A stretch of 64,000 nt of DNA, taken from NCBI GenBank assembly GCA_013265495.1, contig MU061578.1, positions 1,621,308 through 1,685,307 on the forward strand. The letters run 5' to 3'. The notes beneath the pieces were generated by a model that saw nothing but the letters and a program-made list of their open reading frames with translations, had not been told where the DNA came from and did no database searches. Shown in pieces: positions 1 through 13,268 of this stretch. The position numbers and the translations under genes are program-made. Within the stretch, counting starts at the first letter, position 1. Every line of letters begins with the position of its first letter. The stretch comes from Vicugna vicugna (taxonomy: Eukaryota).

Positions 1-404
1 AAGTTTGTGTGACAGCAAAGGGTGGATGAATCTGGCTCACTGATTAGTGTGAGCTCCCCGACTCTGCACACACGCGGGGATGGCAATTCGTGATCCCCTG
101 AGTTCTGACGCTACTCTATGGCCCACGTTGGCCACCGAGGTGTGAGCAGAACTGATGGGGGCCACTTCATGGCTGAGCATTGGTTTTGGCACTCCACCCT
201 CTGGAAGACTCTTTTTCCTCTGCTGAGGTGACCACTGATAATTTATATGGTGGATTCTCCGTAAGCCTAGGTCTTGGACTGTGTCTGACATGGGGCGTGG
301 CGCATGGAGTAGATGAAAACTGCCCTTTTGTTATTTGAAGCTAGTAAGCTGCGGGGCTAAATGTTACTGCAGCATATCCTAGCTTACCCTGTCTAGCAGT
401 TACA

Positions 405-540
405 TTCATCCCCTTCCTACAAATGCCAAAACCGAGTTCAGAGAGGTCCGGCAACTTCTCAAGGTGAAGAAAACGGAAGTGGTAGAGTCCGCGTTTGGAC
501 TCGTGCAGTCTGACTCCAGGCCCTTTCATCCTAATCATGA
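405..540 (-). mobile_element. MIR SINE fragment
   Basis: cagagaggtccggcaacttctcaagg...gtggtagagtcc...cagtctgactccagg resembles the antisense MIR core. Confidence 0.6.
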
Positions 541-1739
541 CACTGAGCTAAACGTGTGAATGTATGACCCACTGGCCACTGGCCATTTTTAAGAGTTGTG
601 TGATTCTTACCATAAAAAATGCACCCATCAGTCGGGCATGCATGTTCCTGCATCAGGAAACAAATGCTCTCACTGATTCTAACACAACCATCCCAGGGCC
701 CTTTGGCAATAGCTCAGAGGAACTTCAGGAAATTGACACCTGAAGACACCCCCCCTTCCCATTTTCTAGACAGATTCCCAGTATGCATGTAAATATCCTC
801 TGAATTCAAAGAGGAAGAGGCCTCCAGCTAGGCACAATAAAGCCAATTTAGCTTCTTAAGTTGAGAACTGCTTTGTGAAATAATCCTGTAGAACTCTCCA
901 CTAAATGAGTTACCAACTAGTCACATGGGGCTTTCATTGAATTTACTCCTGAAAGCTATAAAGGACAATTGTCTCTGAACCAGGTACATCAAATACAGGC
1001 CTGCTACTGTGTAAAAGCTTGGAATGCTACGCCACCCACACACACAAAGAAAATTAGCTTTTGATTGAAAGGAAGCACTATTGAAAAACCCCAGGGGAGG
1101 AAAAAGAAACAGCATAAATGAAATGACACCTACAGGCAAATCCAATGGTTCAGGCCGTTTGGCTAAGGACTTCCTTAGTGTGAAAAGGGGAGGAGGAAAA
1201 AAGTACAATTTCTGAGGATCATGAAAGATAATCGAAGCAAATCAAAGGAAAAGTAGCCGCTCTTGAAATTCTAAACAAGGGGAGTTGAACTGCGCCATGT
1301 GGACGTAAGAGAAATGTTCTCCATGCTCCACTCTGAGTAGCAGTTAACGCTGGGGAAACGGCCACATACGCGCAAGCAAGGTTTTCATTCTTCTCTCAGC
1401 TCTCATTATTCCAGTGGTGTCTTTTCTCTTTACTTTCAGGTTTTTACTTTTTTCATTTTTAAAAAAGACTCTAACCTAACACAGAGCTACTTCTTAGTCT
1501 TCCAAACTTTCGAAGAAGGGGAGGGAGCATTGCAACCACAGATACTACTGGTGTTTTTCGTCTTCAACTTACGACATAACTGCAGGCAGAGTTCTAATAA
1601 TTTTTGCTCAATACTGTCAAAGTGTATTTTCTTTTCTGGCAGCAACGTTCCAACTGGGTTCTGTGGTTCTGCTGCAACAGTACAGCCAGTAGTCGGGTTG
1701 ATTTTATTTTAAATGCAACGAGCACGGTAGAATTAGGAA

Positions 1740-2229
1740 GACACAATTTCATTACTGTCAGTGCAGTAACCAGTTCCAATAAGGATATTCCACTGGGGAA
1801 AGGTTGATGAAGAAGAGGATATTTATGTAGTCTCTCAAAGTACAGGCCCCCAGATTACTTCCTCGTTACCAGACTAGCTCGTACTGGGGAGAGCGGCCAG
1901 TTACCCTGTGATCAAGTTTACTCTCGTCAACAATGAAACAAACTGACAGGTAGGGCCGCCCAACATAACACGGTGGGATCTACTCAACATCACCTGTGTG
2001 GTGCTCTTGACAAAACAAGGAAGTCACATCTAACTGTAAGGAAACACTGAAATAAATCTCCCTTTTGAAATATTTTACAAGGAAATTGTCCAGGACTGTT
2101 CAGAAATAACCAAACTATAGATTTTCAAAAATGGTGGGGGGACTTTTCTAAATAAAAATGTGAGAAAGAAACAGGAAAACCAAATGGAATTCATTTTCCT
2201 TAACTGTCTCCTGGATTATAATAATGACA

Positions 2230-2261
<32 letters not shown>

Positions 2262-2490
2262 AAGGTTATGTAAGAAATTACTCTTGTTTTTTAAGAGATG
2301 CATGGTGAAGTCTTCATATGTAAAGTGTTCCTGGTGTCTGCAATTTTCAAATAGTGTAATACACATAGGGGAGAGATGAGGAAGAGGAGGTGAATATCAC
2401 AAAAATGTTAACAATTGTTGACTCCAGATGAAAGACACATGAGTCTTCACTACACTTTTAACTTTTTCTACAGGTTTGCATTTTAAAAGG
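1740..2490 (+). mobile_element. Old L1 (L1MC/L1ME-type) 3' UTR fragments
   Basis: gaggatatttatgtagtctc, ctcaacatcacctgtgtggtgctcttg, aaaatgttaacaattgttgactccagatgaa...acttttaactttttcta are typical L1MC4/5-L1ME 3' motifs; subfamily uncertain. Confidence 0.65.
2230..2261. repeat. (ATG)n microsatellite, about 10 units
   Basis: Directly visible tgatgatga... run; source of the poly-Ile ORF 2148..2366. Confidence 0.97.
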
Positions 2491-2619
2491 GCAGAAAGAA
2501 CAGACATTCTTTCCTCAAAAAATTATTTTTATGTTTGTATTAAAACCCTGTACTATATAGTAGGCTTCTATTTTTCATTTGTCCATCATGCCTCTAGCTT
2601 CTTGCAATATCAAGACACC

Positions 2620-3035
2620 TTGAAGAAACCCTTTCCCTTTCTCCTGCAACCCGTTCATATGGTATGGTGGGGCTCACTTAAAACCTTGCTTCTTGGGATG
2701 TGTGAGCAGCTGAGGTCTGACCAGCACTTATCCTGAACCACCAGAACAAGGTTCTCTTTTTCACTAGGCTCCTGAGCTGGTCAGATGAAGTCTGCATCTG
2801 TTGGTGGCTATTTTATCATTTCAAGGGAACAGCTTAAGACATAGTCAATATAGAGAATGTGTGACTGCAAGAGAAGATAATCCTGGCAACATCATTGGAG
2901 CATCTTGATTCAGCCTTGCTCCAACCTGCTATACATCTAGATGTTTCAGTCCCATAAACCAATATACTTCTTTTGGCTTAAGCCAGTTCAAGGTGCGTGT
3001 ATGTTGCTTACCACCAAAAAGATCTCCGAGTAACA
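2620..3035 (+). mobile_element. MaLR LTR (MLT1K-like), degenerate
   Basis: 3' end ccaatatacttcttttggcttaagccagttcaagg...gttgcttaccaccaaaaagatctccgagtaaca matches the MLT1K-type terminus. Confidence 0.6.
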
Positions 3036-6000
3036 GAACAAGAAAAAGGCACAGATGTATGATACAAAGTTGTGACACGTTGGAGATCACTGCTGGGTTA
3101 GTTTGTGCTGCTAGTTTAACTCATTTTGTCGGCATCTTAGGAACTAATGCTTGTTCACTACTTCTGCATAGCAAAGAACACCCTGAGAATTCAAAGTGGG
3201 CTGCTAAAAGAAATCACTGGTTCTCTCATCTGCCTTTCTGTGTGAATTGGGATTTCCCTGATACTGTAGGCTGAACACACGTACAGATGCCTACAGCGGC
3301 CATCCACAGCACCTGATTTTAGATGTTTAAATTTATCATAACACTCATTCTTTCAACAATGGATGCATAAGCAAACGTTACAAATTTCAAGATAAATATA
3401 AATTTTTACTATTAAATGCAGCAAATATTCATTTCATATATTGCAGTGTATCATTTCACTTTGCAGGGAAAATGTATCCCACTGTTTCAAATTTGAAAAC
3501 CTATTTTTTAGCTATTCGTAGACAATTTAATTATTAGAGAATTATGTACATTCTCTACTCTATATGTCTGCAATACTACCCAATTCCTATTTTACAGAAT
3601 TTTCCTATAATTCCCCATTTTAATGCACAGACTTCCACCCAAATTGAGCATCAGAGAAAAACAATCTAAATTAGTTTTGCAGTGATGGCCAGCGAGGGTG
3701 CATCTGTTTCTGTTCCCTTTGAACTGTAGCAAACAGATGCACGATTACAGGAGCAAATATTTATTATTCTGAGCATTCGCCATTGTTTGCTGCATTATTC
3801 TCCAACAGAAAAGGTTTACGTCTTTGATCGAACCAGGGCGCCAGCACACACCATCAAAGGAGCGGACACACCCCACACAGACCATTGCAGTGAACTAAAC
3901 AGAGCTCAAAGTCATCAAGGCAAGAGCCTTCCAAAACGTGTCAAGATGAAAAATGGGACTTGAAACATTTCTTTGGAGTGTGACATAGGGGATCTACGGT
4001 TCTTTTTAAAGGGGACAGGAGACACAAGTCAAACTTAGAATCAAAATGGAAATAAAGTCAAACTAAATGCCAAGCAAGGAAGAGAAAATTCCAAAGTGTT
4101 TCAAGAGCACGAAGGCGCTCCTCACACGGTAAACACGTGTGATTAAAATGCCAGATGACTGCACTATGAAAATGTCTATCGCACGCACATGCATGATGAT
4201 AAAATTCCTCTTCTCTAAGGTAAGACAGATGATAACTAGCTGTTAGGGAGGTGCTCACGGAGAACACCCCAGAGGGCACTAGAATTCCTGGCACTGCCAT
4301 GGGATGATTTTTTCCTTCGAATGAGAATGGCTCAGATTTAAGGCTCTGACCATCGTGTATAATGTAGGCATATGGGGATACAGAGCCTCATCGTATTTGT
4401 GAGAAGTGACACCTACATCAGGTGTCTCTCTGCTTGGCAAGCCTGTTCATCTGATTTCTTGCTTGAGCTTAAGGACTTGATTCCCTCTTACCTAAGAAAG
4501 GCAAAGGGAGGTTGTCATTGGTTTCTAACACACTGCGTAATCTTTGCCTAAGGAAGGAAGAAAATGACCAACATCCTCATCTGCTGTTGAAACGATGGCC
4601 CGGTGTGCGGGATCTGCTGGAGGCTCCAGGCAAAACCATTCTGGTTTGTCCCAGTCCCTCAGTAATGAGGCCCAGGCTGGCGCCGCCAAGTTGGGTGAGG
4701 AGTCCCACGTCCCAGCCCAGGGTGGAAAGACTGGGAGTAACTAGGGGATGTGTCGGGGCGTTGCATTTTAAAGGGAAACACAGTATAAAAAGACTTCCTT
4801 GCTGGGCCCCGAAACTCCGTCTCACAAGCCTACTGTTACAGTCTGTTGAGAAAATTGATGTGATTACATGGGCGCAATGCCTGCCCCACAGCAGGAACAC
4901 AAAATACATCAGAGGACTCTGACCTAGTGACATAGTGATGTTTCCTTCTGATGGTCTTTTAGTGGTTTTGATTGATTGATTTAAAAGAGCACTAGACTCA
5001 GGGATCCCACTTTTTAAAAAATTATTAGTATTGTTTTTATTAATCTTTTTTTCTTTTTAGCACTGTAGCTTCCTCATGGACCAAACTGGACCGCCAGTGA
5101 TACAATCACCTTTCTTGACAAACAAGTGCAGCCAAACTCATTAGCCTTTACCATTTTCCAATCCTATTATTTGTAGACTCCTCTACTTTTCAATGAGTAA
5201 ATAAAACAAGCTGGGGATGAAACATTTATTTTGGCATCACACCAACCTAATTAAACGGCAGTTTCATTAGGCTGTAGCAGGCTGTTGACGAATAATGTAA
5301 TTGACCTATTAAAAGTTACTACTTCAGTTTTCTGAGCTATAAGAAATCACACTGTGATTTAAAATGCCTAGTTACCTCGACAACACCAGCCAGAGAGCAG
5401 AAAACTAGAAGTTACAGAGAACGGAGAGACTTCAGTTAGAAAGGAGACAGGTGACAAGACGCCCCTCTTCCCAATCACAATTACTTGGAGGAAAGCAACA
5501 AAATGTAAAATGGAAGCTAATTATGTTCTAGTTTATTTCCTCCATTGACTCAATGTTGAGAAATTCATACATGGTTGCCAGCGTGAAACATTCTCCCAAA
5601 ACTCAGTGGTGAGGTGGTTTAAGGAGCAAACATTTGTTCTTTACCCAGAATCATTCCACCTGTTTGGTATCAGCAAGGCCAATTACTTGAAGAAACCACC
5701 CCTTTCTAGTCTCAAACTGGAAGTTCGGGTGAAGGTAACTCCTGGCCCTGAGGTGTGCCTGCGTTCCAAGCTGGCCAATCAAAGCATCTCATGTCCCTGA
5801 CTACAGTGATTGATTCATTCCAGGGCCAATCAGAACTCCTCCTGGGCCTTGTGCAGGAGTGACCAGGAGAGGAGACCTTGACTGTCCACCTGGTGTTCTG
5901 AGTGGAGGGGGCTTGTCTCTGTTGGTCGTGATCTGCCATCTTGTAGGGAGAACCCACCTGAGAACCGAGTCAATGCTGGAGAGAGAGGTGGGGTGAGGGT

Positions 6001-6149
6001 GAGAGGGAGAGAGATGGAGCAAGAACCATCGAGAAGGACAGCCCTTCCCATGCCCTAGTTTTACCAATATTCCCTGCGTGCTTGGAACCTCTGTTCAAGG
6101 TCTGGACCATCTCCATCTATGGATGAATTTCTCAAACCTCCTTCACCAG

Positions 6150-6640
6150 ATGCCCTTCTTAAGATCACTCAGGTCCCCTCATTTATTCTGTTCATTCATG
6201 TCTTCAGTATGTTCACTCCCCTCAGCGCATTCCAGGCCACAGAAAGTAGAAAGCAACACACACGTTCCATAATGTCACAAACCTTGGATTTGAATTTTTT
6301 TTTTTATAAAATAATCGGGTGCCTAGCTATAGAATGGCTTGGGGCTGTCAGGACATTTGAGGGAAGATCTAATGATATAAATAATGCAGGGTGGGTAAGT
6401 CAGGGAGGGTCTCTCTGAAGAGGGGACACTGATATGGGAGATAAAGAGTGAGCCAAGGCCAAGTGCTGAATAGGGGAGACAGCACGACAGAAAAGTGTTC
6501 CTGACAGAGGAGCAGGATGCAATAGACTATTGAGAACGGATGAGCGGTGGTGACACGAGATGAGATTGGAAAGCAGCAGGAGAGCCTGTGGATTCTTGCA
6601 GGAAAGGAGATGACAATATTCTAAATGCCAGGAGAAGACA
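6150..6640 (-). mobile_element. L2 LINE fragment
   Basis: gtcagggagggtctctctgaagaggggacac...gagtgagcca...gttcctgacagaggagcagg is characteristic of antisense L2. Confidence 0.6.
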
Positions 6641-7289
6641 TCACTAGTTATCACTCAACCATCAAAAGGAAATTTGTCTCCAGTGATGGTGGTTGGTACA
6701 TGTTTGTTAGTACATGTGTGGTACCTCTTTAAAGACATCCTGAAGCAACAAGAGATATTTTGAGGGGTGATTATTTCTGACAACGGGGCCAAGGTTGGCT
6801 TAAGATGTCATCTTTTAAGTATTGAAATGGGTTTTCTAATCCCTGACTCCTTAAGGAGGTCCAGGGTCAATGGGTTCAAAGACTTTTTATCCACCTGACC
6901 ATGTAGGCAGCATTGGGATTTTGAGTTCCAAGGGCATCTGGTAATACTTAAAAATTGAAAAAAAAATTCTAACATTTCAAGCAGCCAAGTCAAAATTAAT
7001 AACTGCTTAGTTAATCTCCAAAGGCAACATTAGGTCAGCATCATTAATTGTTAAATTTAGGATTCATAAATATTTTATTAGGTTGGAAGACAAGCCATAG
7101 GCTACTTTTTTTTTCTTCTAAGAATTTCCAAGTTTATGTGATGATGGTGGAGAAATAGCAACTAACCATAAATGAGTTATTAAGAGTTAATTCACTTCAG
7201 TAGCAAGATTTTAAAAACTCCTTCAAACTTACACCATAATAAAATTGCGTTTTATATTAAATTTAAGTGCATTTTAATATAACTTATAT

Positions 7290-7492
7290 CAGGTTTTCTT
7301 AGCCTCGACGCCACTGACATTTTGGACCAGGGAATCCTTCAGGAGGCGGGCTGTCCTGTGCCTTGAAGGATGTATCCCTGGCTCCTACCCAATAGATGCC
7401 TTTAGCAACACTCCCAATTGCGACAACCATTGCCAAATGTCCCTTAGAGTGGGTAGGGGGAGAGCAGAAGCCCCTCCACTGAGAATGACTGG
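7290..7492 (-). mobile_element. MER20 (hAT-Charlie) DNA transposon
   Basis: caggttttcttagcctcgacgccactgacattttggacc...tagatgcc...gacaaccattgccaaatgtccc...tgagaatgactg is the reverse complement of the MER20 consensus. Confidence 0.85.
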
Positions 7493-10109
7493 TTTTGATG
7501 AATGCCTGGGGCAGGAGAAACCCTTGAGGAGTCTCCGATTGCGTTAAAATATATAACCAACAACTGGTTCCTGGAGGAACATGACACCAAAGTTACAAAT
7601 CTGGGACACATCTCCAGTGTTTAGAAAGTTCAAGCATCTCCAGCAAAACACCTTCCCCTCCAGTTTCAGGTGACCTTCATAAACACAGCTGAGCGTCCCT
7701 TGTAACGAGCTAAGCGGGACCCATGAGGGTGCCCCGTCAGCAGCCGGGGAATTGATAGGTCACCTGTTGACAAGCAGGCCACATAGTATTTTCACAGAGA
7801 GGCAACAGGACCAAAATGGAAAGATCGATATCCACCTTCTGCGAGGAAGGGCCTGTCCCTGATCAGCACTGGTCTGCCGTTTGTTTCACCTTGTCTGGGC
7901 CGTCGGGGCCCATGGCGGAGCTCCGAGGGGAAAGGATGAGCCTTCCTTCCCAAAGCAGTAGGCAGCAGGACTGAGGGAGGGGGCTCCGTGCCAGCTGCCA
8001 AGGGCAAAAGCACCGAAGTGCCAAGGTCAGCAGCCCACAGGGACTCCCAAGAGGAGGGCCAGAGGTGTGGGTCTGTGCTTAACAGCAGCCGTCAGGAAAG
8101 CAGAGAGATGCTCCCACCCCGGGGAGGAGGCACATGCTGAGACACAGCCAGACTTGGATGCCCACTGGAGGGGAAGATTCTGCAGGTCCGGAAACCCCAA
8201 CAGAGGCGCACAGAGACCCCACTGGCCTCGGGCTTGTCCCCCTGATGCTCACAGTTTGTGTGTGTTGAAACCAACTGGCACCCAAGGAAGGCAGGGGGAA
8301 GAGAGGAGGGGAAAGAGAATGAGGGTGGAAAAACACTGGGGGGCATTCTTTTAAAATTAGGTTATTTTTGACACTCTTCATCCAAAGCAAAACATATGCC
8401 TTAAAAGCCTTCTGAGCCTTGCCGTTGCAGTGCCTACTTCGGAGGAAGAAGAGCAAAAAGCCCAAGGTGCCCAGAGGGCTGTGGTTCTGCTCACATTCAT
8501 TCTCTCCGTGTACAAATTCAATTGCGTTCAGGCATCAGATAAAACTGGGCATGTTTGGAAGGGCATGGACTTCGGGGGAGAATGACATGTGGTCCTGAAT
8601 CTCAGCTCTGGGGGTTTGGGGAACTCACTGAACTTCCCTAAGACTCAACTCACTGTTGGAATGATGATGTGAACAGCAATACCTCCCTTGCAGGTCTGTG
8701 TTTGGGTTTGCATCATGTTTCACAAAGATGCTTTCACCAAGAGTGGTCCTTCATGTGGCCCTTCACGTGGTCCTCATTATTCACCCTTCCTGTGACATTT
8801 CTGACTTGCTGGTGTTGACCAACCTGCCTTTCTTCTTATTTGTATCTTTATGCACGGGATTATGTCTCCCGGAGCTTTTAACCCTGCATGGTGTTTATTA
8901 TTGTGGCTTTTGAGTATCAGTGTGGCTTAACGATCAACTATTCAATGACCACACAGTCAGGAAGTGGCATTCGTCTCCAGATAATTGGCATAACTAAATT
9001 CTGACTCAAAACCACCTGGCTATAGCTATCAACAGACTGAGGCAAATCAAAGTTGTGATGGAAACAGCCAAATTGCATCATTCCTTCACAGGTGAACACA
9101 TCCATGACCCTAAATATAGAATAAGTGCTTTAAAAAGGATTGAAGGTAAACACCTTGGCAAAAAAAAAAAAAGCATTAAAAGTTATGGAGGGAAAACCAA
9201 AGCAGAAGAAAAGACAACATCATTTCAGTATTCTCATTTTTGAGCAAAAAAAAAAAAATTGAGTAACTAGGAATATATTTAAAAATCTGTATTATGTTGA
9301 ATTAATCTATTCTTCTTGTCTATTTGGTCTTGATCCTAAAAAAAAGCGGGAAGAACCGACTTGAAATAGGAAAATTCTCTTTCTCTCTGCATTTCTGTTT
9401 CTGTGTTCTCTCTCTCTCTCCCACTTTCTCTCTCATAAACACCCCAGAGCAGACATTCTCTTGCTCAACAAACTGTGTAAGGTTCAGGATAGAATGTTTG
9501 TGCTGAATAAAATGCACAACACAGCTTCATTTTTACCATGGATCTTTATTTATTTCTCCTAAACACCCTTAGAAGCACATCAGTGCTCCATTAACTACCT
9601 AGCCAAGGACAGAGAGAAGAGAACACCGTCCATCCATAAGGTAATGAATCAAGAAATAGTCTCCCTACTGGATATTCCAAGGACATTACCGTGCTAACTT
9701 CCTGCAACCCTGCTCTCAGACTCCTACCCCATTGTCCATATCAGGCCAGAATTCTTGTGTCCCTGAGAAAAGCGTTTCTGCAAGGACTTGCAAAAGCTGT
9801 CAGAGACCCTCGGGTCACCACATGAAGGCTAATTGTATAATTTAATATACTCCACTGACCAAAATACAAGTAACTGCTGGCTTCACATATTTGTCTCTAA
9901 CATAAACTGTAAGATTTTTGAGGACAAAGACACCATCTCCCTCTTTTTATCATAACACAAAGAAGAAATTCAACAAATGGCTTAGAAATGAAAAGGATCA
10001 TTCAAGTGACATCCTGCATGATGAAACCTATTCTCTACCATCTGGGTAACCTTGTCTAAGTTACTTAAGCTAAGTTCCAGTCTTCACACGTGTAATGTGT
10101 TGATGACAA

Positions 10110-10481
10110 TAATCCTTCCTGTCCCACTAGTTGGTTTCCCTTTTCTCCTGAGCACATGGGAGAGTTACAGGAGGGTAGACGAGGTCATGTGACTAGTTCT
10201 GGCCAATGGGATACAGCAGAAGTGAAGCATGTCACTTCCTGGCCAAAGCACTTAATTGCCAGTGTGAGTCTTCCAGGCAAAGGTCCCCAGGGGCAATGTG
10301 GAAACATTTATCATTACAGAGACTCCTTAATAATAAAGCCACCGGGACTGCTGAGCCAACACCTGGAGGAGAGCTTCCCTGGTGAGTAGCTCAGAGCAAG
10401 AAATAAACCTGTGTTGAGTTAGCATTGAGGTTTCAGGGTTGTTTGTTACCACGGCACAATGTCGCCCTCCCTGACTGATAC
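10110..10481 (+). mobile_element. MaLR LTR (MLT1I/J-like)
   Basis: catgtgactagttctggccaatggg...agaagtga...gtcacttcctggcc; AATAAA at ~10402; ends gggttgtttgttacc...cctgactgataca. Confidence 0.8.
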
Positions 10482-10734
10482 AGACCAGACAGTTGGAAGG
10501 AAGATAAAGGAGATAAGACATGTACAGCTCTTGGCTCTGGGCCTAGGACTTACATTTTATTAGCTATTATTGCCAAATATAAAGTACCATTGGTCCAAAA
10601 TCTAAATCTTTGCCTTGAGTAGGGAATCAGTATGACACCAGATGAAAACAGACAGTGACCCTTCAGTATGACTTTAAGCATCACTAAGTCCTGTAACAGA
10701 TGCATCCCCATATGATAGGGAAGGGTGGGAGTGG

Positions 10735-11055
10735 TCTGGATCCGTGCAGTCATTCAGAGACCCGGGAACTCTACTATTTTCAATATACAGTTTCCAAGGT
10801 CAAGTGGGTGTCAACCAGAGGATGGGGGAAGGGAGAGGGATGGAGGAGCCCAGAGGGGGCTTTTATGGGCCAGTCCTAGAAGTGACACATATTACTTCTT
10901 CCCACATTGCACTGGGTGGGACTCAGTCATACATCACCACTTAGATAAAAGGTGGGCTGAAAATGTGTCCCTAGATGGGCAGCCATTTATCAGTTATTTG
11001 AATTTGCTGTGGAAGAGGAGCACAAATTATTAGCAAATAACCAGCCACTTTGCCC
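10735..11055 (-). mobile_element. MaLR LTR (MLT1K/L-like), antisense
   Basis: gcagtcattcagagacccggg...ttttatgggccagtcctagaagtgacacatattacttcttcccacattgcactgg...actcagtcat. Confidence 0.7.
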
Positions 11056-11132
11056 CAGTATCCTTTAATATTTTTGGAAAGCAATTTCTAAACAACTATA
11101 AAATCTTTGCCTTCGCCTAACACTCCCACCCC

Positions 11133-11161
11133 TACACACACGCGCGCGCGCACACACACAC
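11133..11161. repeat. (CA)n(CG)5(CA)n alternating purine-pyrimidine tract
   Basis: tacacacacgcgcgcgcgcacacacacac. Confidence 0.95.
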
Positions 11162-12004
11162 TGTAGGAATGTCCTTTTATCTAATTACAGGTTTTGAAAA
11201 ATTGCCCTTTTCACTTAGTAGAGAAAATATCCTTCCACTTAGGTTGAGTTCAGTCTTCACCTCCCTCCACCTGTCAACAGAAATAGGAACAATCCCCTAA
11301 TAGCTGACATTTCCTCCTAGTTTTAGGTCTAACAAAGTTCTCAGTAAAGTTCCCTTTCGCTTTCCTTTGAAAAACACCCATCGGCATCAAAATAGGAGAG
11401 AACTGCATCATTTCAATGTCCTCAAGTTTTTAGGACCTTTGTGAGAATGTAGAGTTGAAAACACATTTAACTTTGGAGAAACTATAAATACACAAGGACC
11501 AAGCAACATGTATATATGCTGAAGCGAGGACATCATTGCTTTTAGACACTGGGATGTAATTAATTTTATTACAGTTATGATATGGTACAGAGAAAATGAC
11601 TCAGAGAAATAAAATTAGGCTGCATCTTTCTAAAGGCAGATTGAGTGGGTTGAAATCTGGCCTCATCAGCTTGGGGAGGCGTTGTGGACTCCAGTGTCTG
11701 TTTCAAAGTGACCACATATGAAATTCTTGTTGCTGGTGCTCACGAGAAGATATGGACGGAAAACCTCGCCTGTGGGCAGATGGACACCTTTATCACACAT
11801 CACAGAGCTCTCTCTTCTGGTCTGAAATTCCCAACAGTGAGCTGGCACTGGTGAGAACATGCCATAAAAGCAGAGAGCACCCCTCGTGTTCACCTGGGCA
11901 GACGTGGGCAGAGCTAGAGTGAAAGGTACATTCAGCTGACATGAGCAATGGACACTAGTTAAGAGTCACAAGAGACACCCAAGCCTCATGCTGGAGGTGC
12001 TAAA

Positions 12005-12110
12005 GTCAACCCCATTCTACAGATGAGGAAACTGAGCCTTAGAGAGTTAAGGGACTGGCCTGTGACCCCACAGATAATCCCACAGCAAAACTGAGACCAC
12101 ATCTTCTTGA
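12005..12110 (-). mobile_element. MIR SINE core
   Basis: cccattctacagatgaggaaactgagccttagagagttaagggactggcc. Confidence 0.8.
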
Positions 12111-13119
12111 GTACGTCGCGCAAGCATTTAATCTGCCTGCCAAAGAGTTAAAATTCTCAAGAGGGAAGGAGATTCACAGACAGAGTGAGCGAGGACTTGG
12201 CCGGCTGACAATGATGCCGGCTGTCTCGACACCAGCGGAAGGTGTCTTTTAGAAACAAGTAACCGAGTAAGTGAGGGTATCTATACCCTGGAGGAAGAGG
12301 AAATGTGCCTCACATGCATTCATCCACTGTCCTTCACCCATCCCATCCTTGCAGCAAAAAAGGACGGCTGGGGGACTGTCTCTCTGATGCCAGTGGGTGT
12401 CACTGCCTCCCCATGGTGCTCGGAAGGGGATGTGCAGCCAAGAGCAGCCTGTGACACGCTCCGCATCCGGTGCCTTCTCCGCTGACTGTCACCTTCCCAG
12501 GGCCCGTCGTCCCCGGGCCTGTCACAGAGCAGGTAATCTACCTGTGCTGGTGACATCACCATCAGTCACATAACCCAGGGTTCCTCTAGCTTTCCAAACA
12601 CGCTGCTTCCTCCCGGGGTCCATGCTCCACACATAATAAAAATAAAAGATGGATAGGAAGATGCAGGCTTGTCAGAGATCTGGATACATACTGAATGAGG
12701 TGAATTTGTAAAGCCTTTCCCACATCACAGCCTGCTTCCTGAGTGTTAGCTGCGTGAATGGCGGACTTCCTCCAGCCCTGTTCTTTAAGAGACAAGTCAG
12801 AGTAAGGTAATATCTTTAAAGAAACCGCTCAGAGCGGAAAGGGCCCCAGTCTGGGGCAGGAGAGGGCACTCCGCTGTCACTTCCGTTTCAGGGGGAAAGT
12901 CTGGTGTCTCTGATATTGGTGACAGCCACAGGCACCTCCCTGTGCTCCATGTCACTGGTCCCTTTAATGTCATCTGCCCAAAGGCCACTGTCTCCATCCA
13001 CATGACAGTGACTAGAAAGTCTAGGCTAATGGGACTTTCCCTCTTCAGTATCAGAGCTCCTCCAGGGGGACCGAGGGGAGATTGAAACGCTGTCCTGTTT
13101 CTCTAGAAGGATGGGGTGT

Positions 13120-13268
13120 TGACCTGCTCTCTTAGCAGAGTGACCCCCACCTAGATTGGAGTACGTGGTCTCTGAGGGAGGGTGCTTATTTCATTCGCTG
13201 CTAAGTCCCCGGCATGCATAAGAGTGCTGGGAACTCAGTAGGTACTTAATAAATATTTATTGAATTAA
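13120..13268 (+). mobile_element. L2 3' end
   Basis: agagtgctgggaactcagtaggtacttaataaatatttattgaatt is the L2 terminus. Confidence 0.8.

Noticed and set aside
3280..3690. AT-rich stretch resembling a decayed DNA transposon (similar impression at 34120-34290)
   Set aside because: I could not identify terminal inverted repeats or a family from memory; it needs a Dfam search
4200..4226. + strand ttcctcttctctAAG|GTAAGA ratchet-like motif
   Set aside because: AAG acceptor, short pyrimidine tract, and opposite to the inferred host strand; expected by chance
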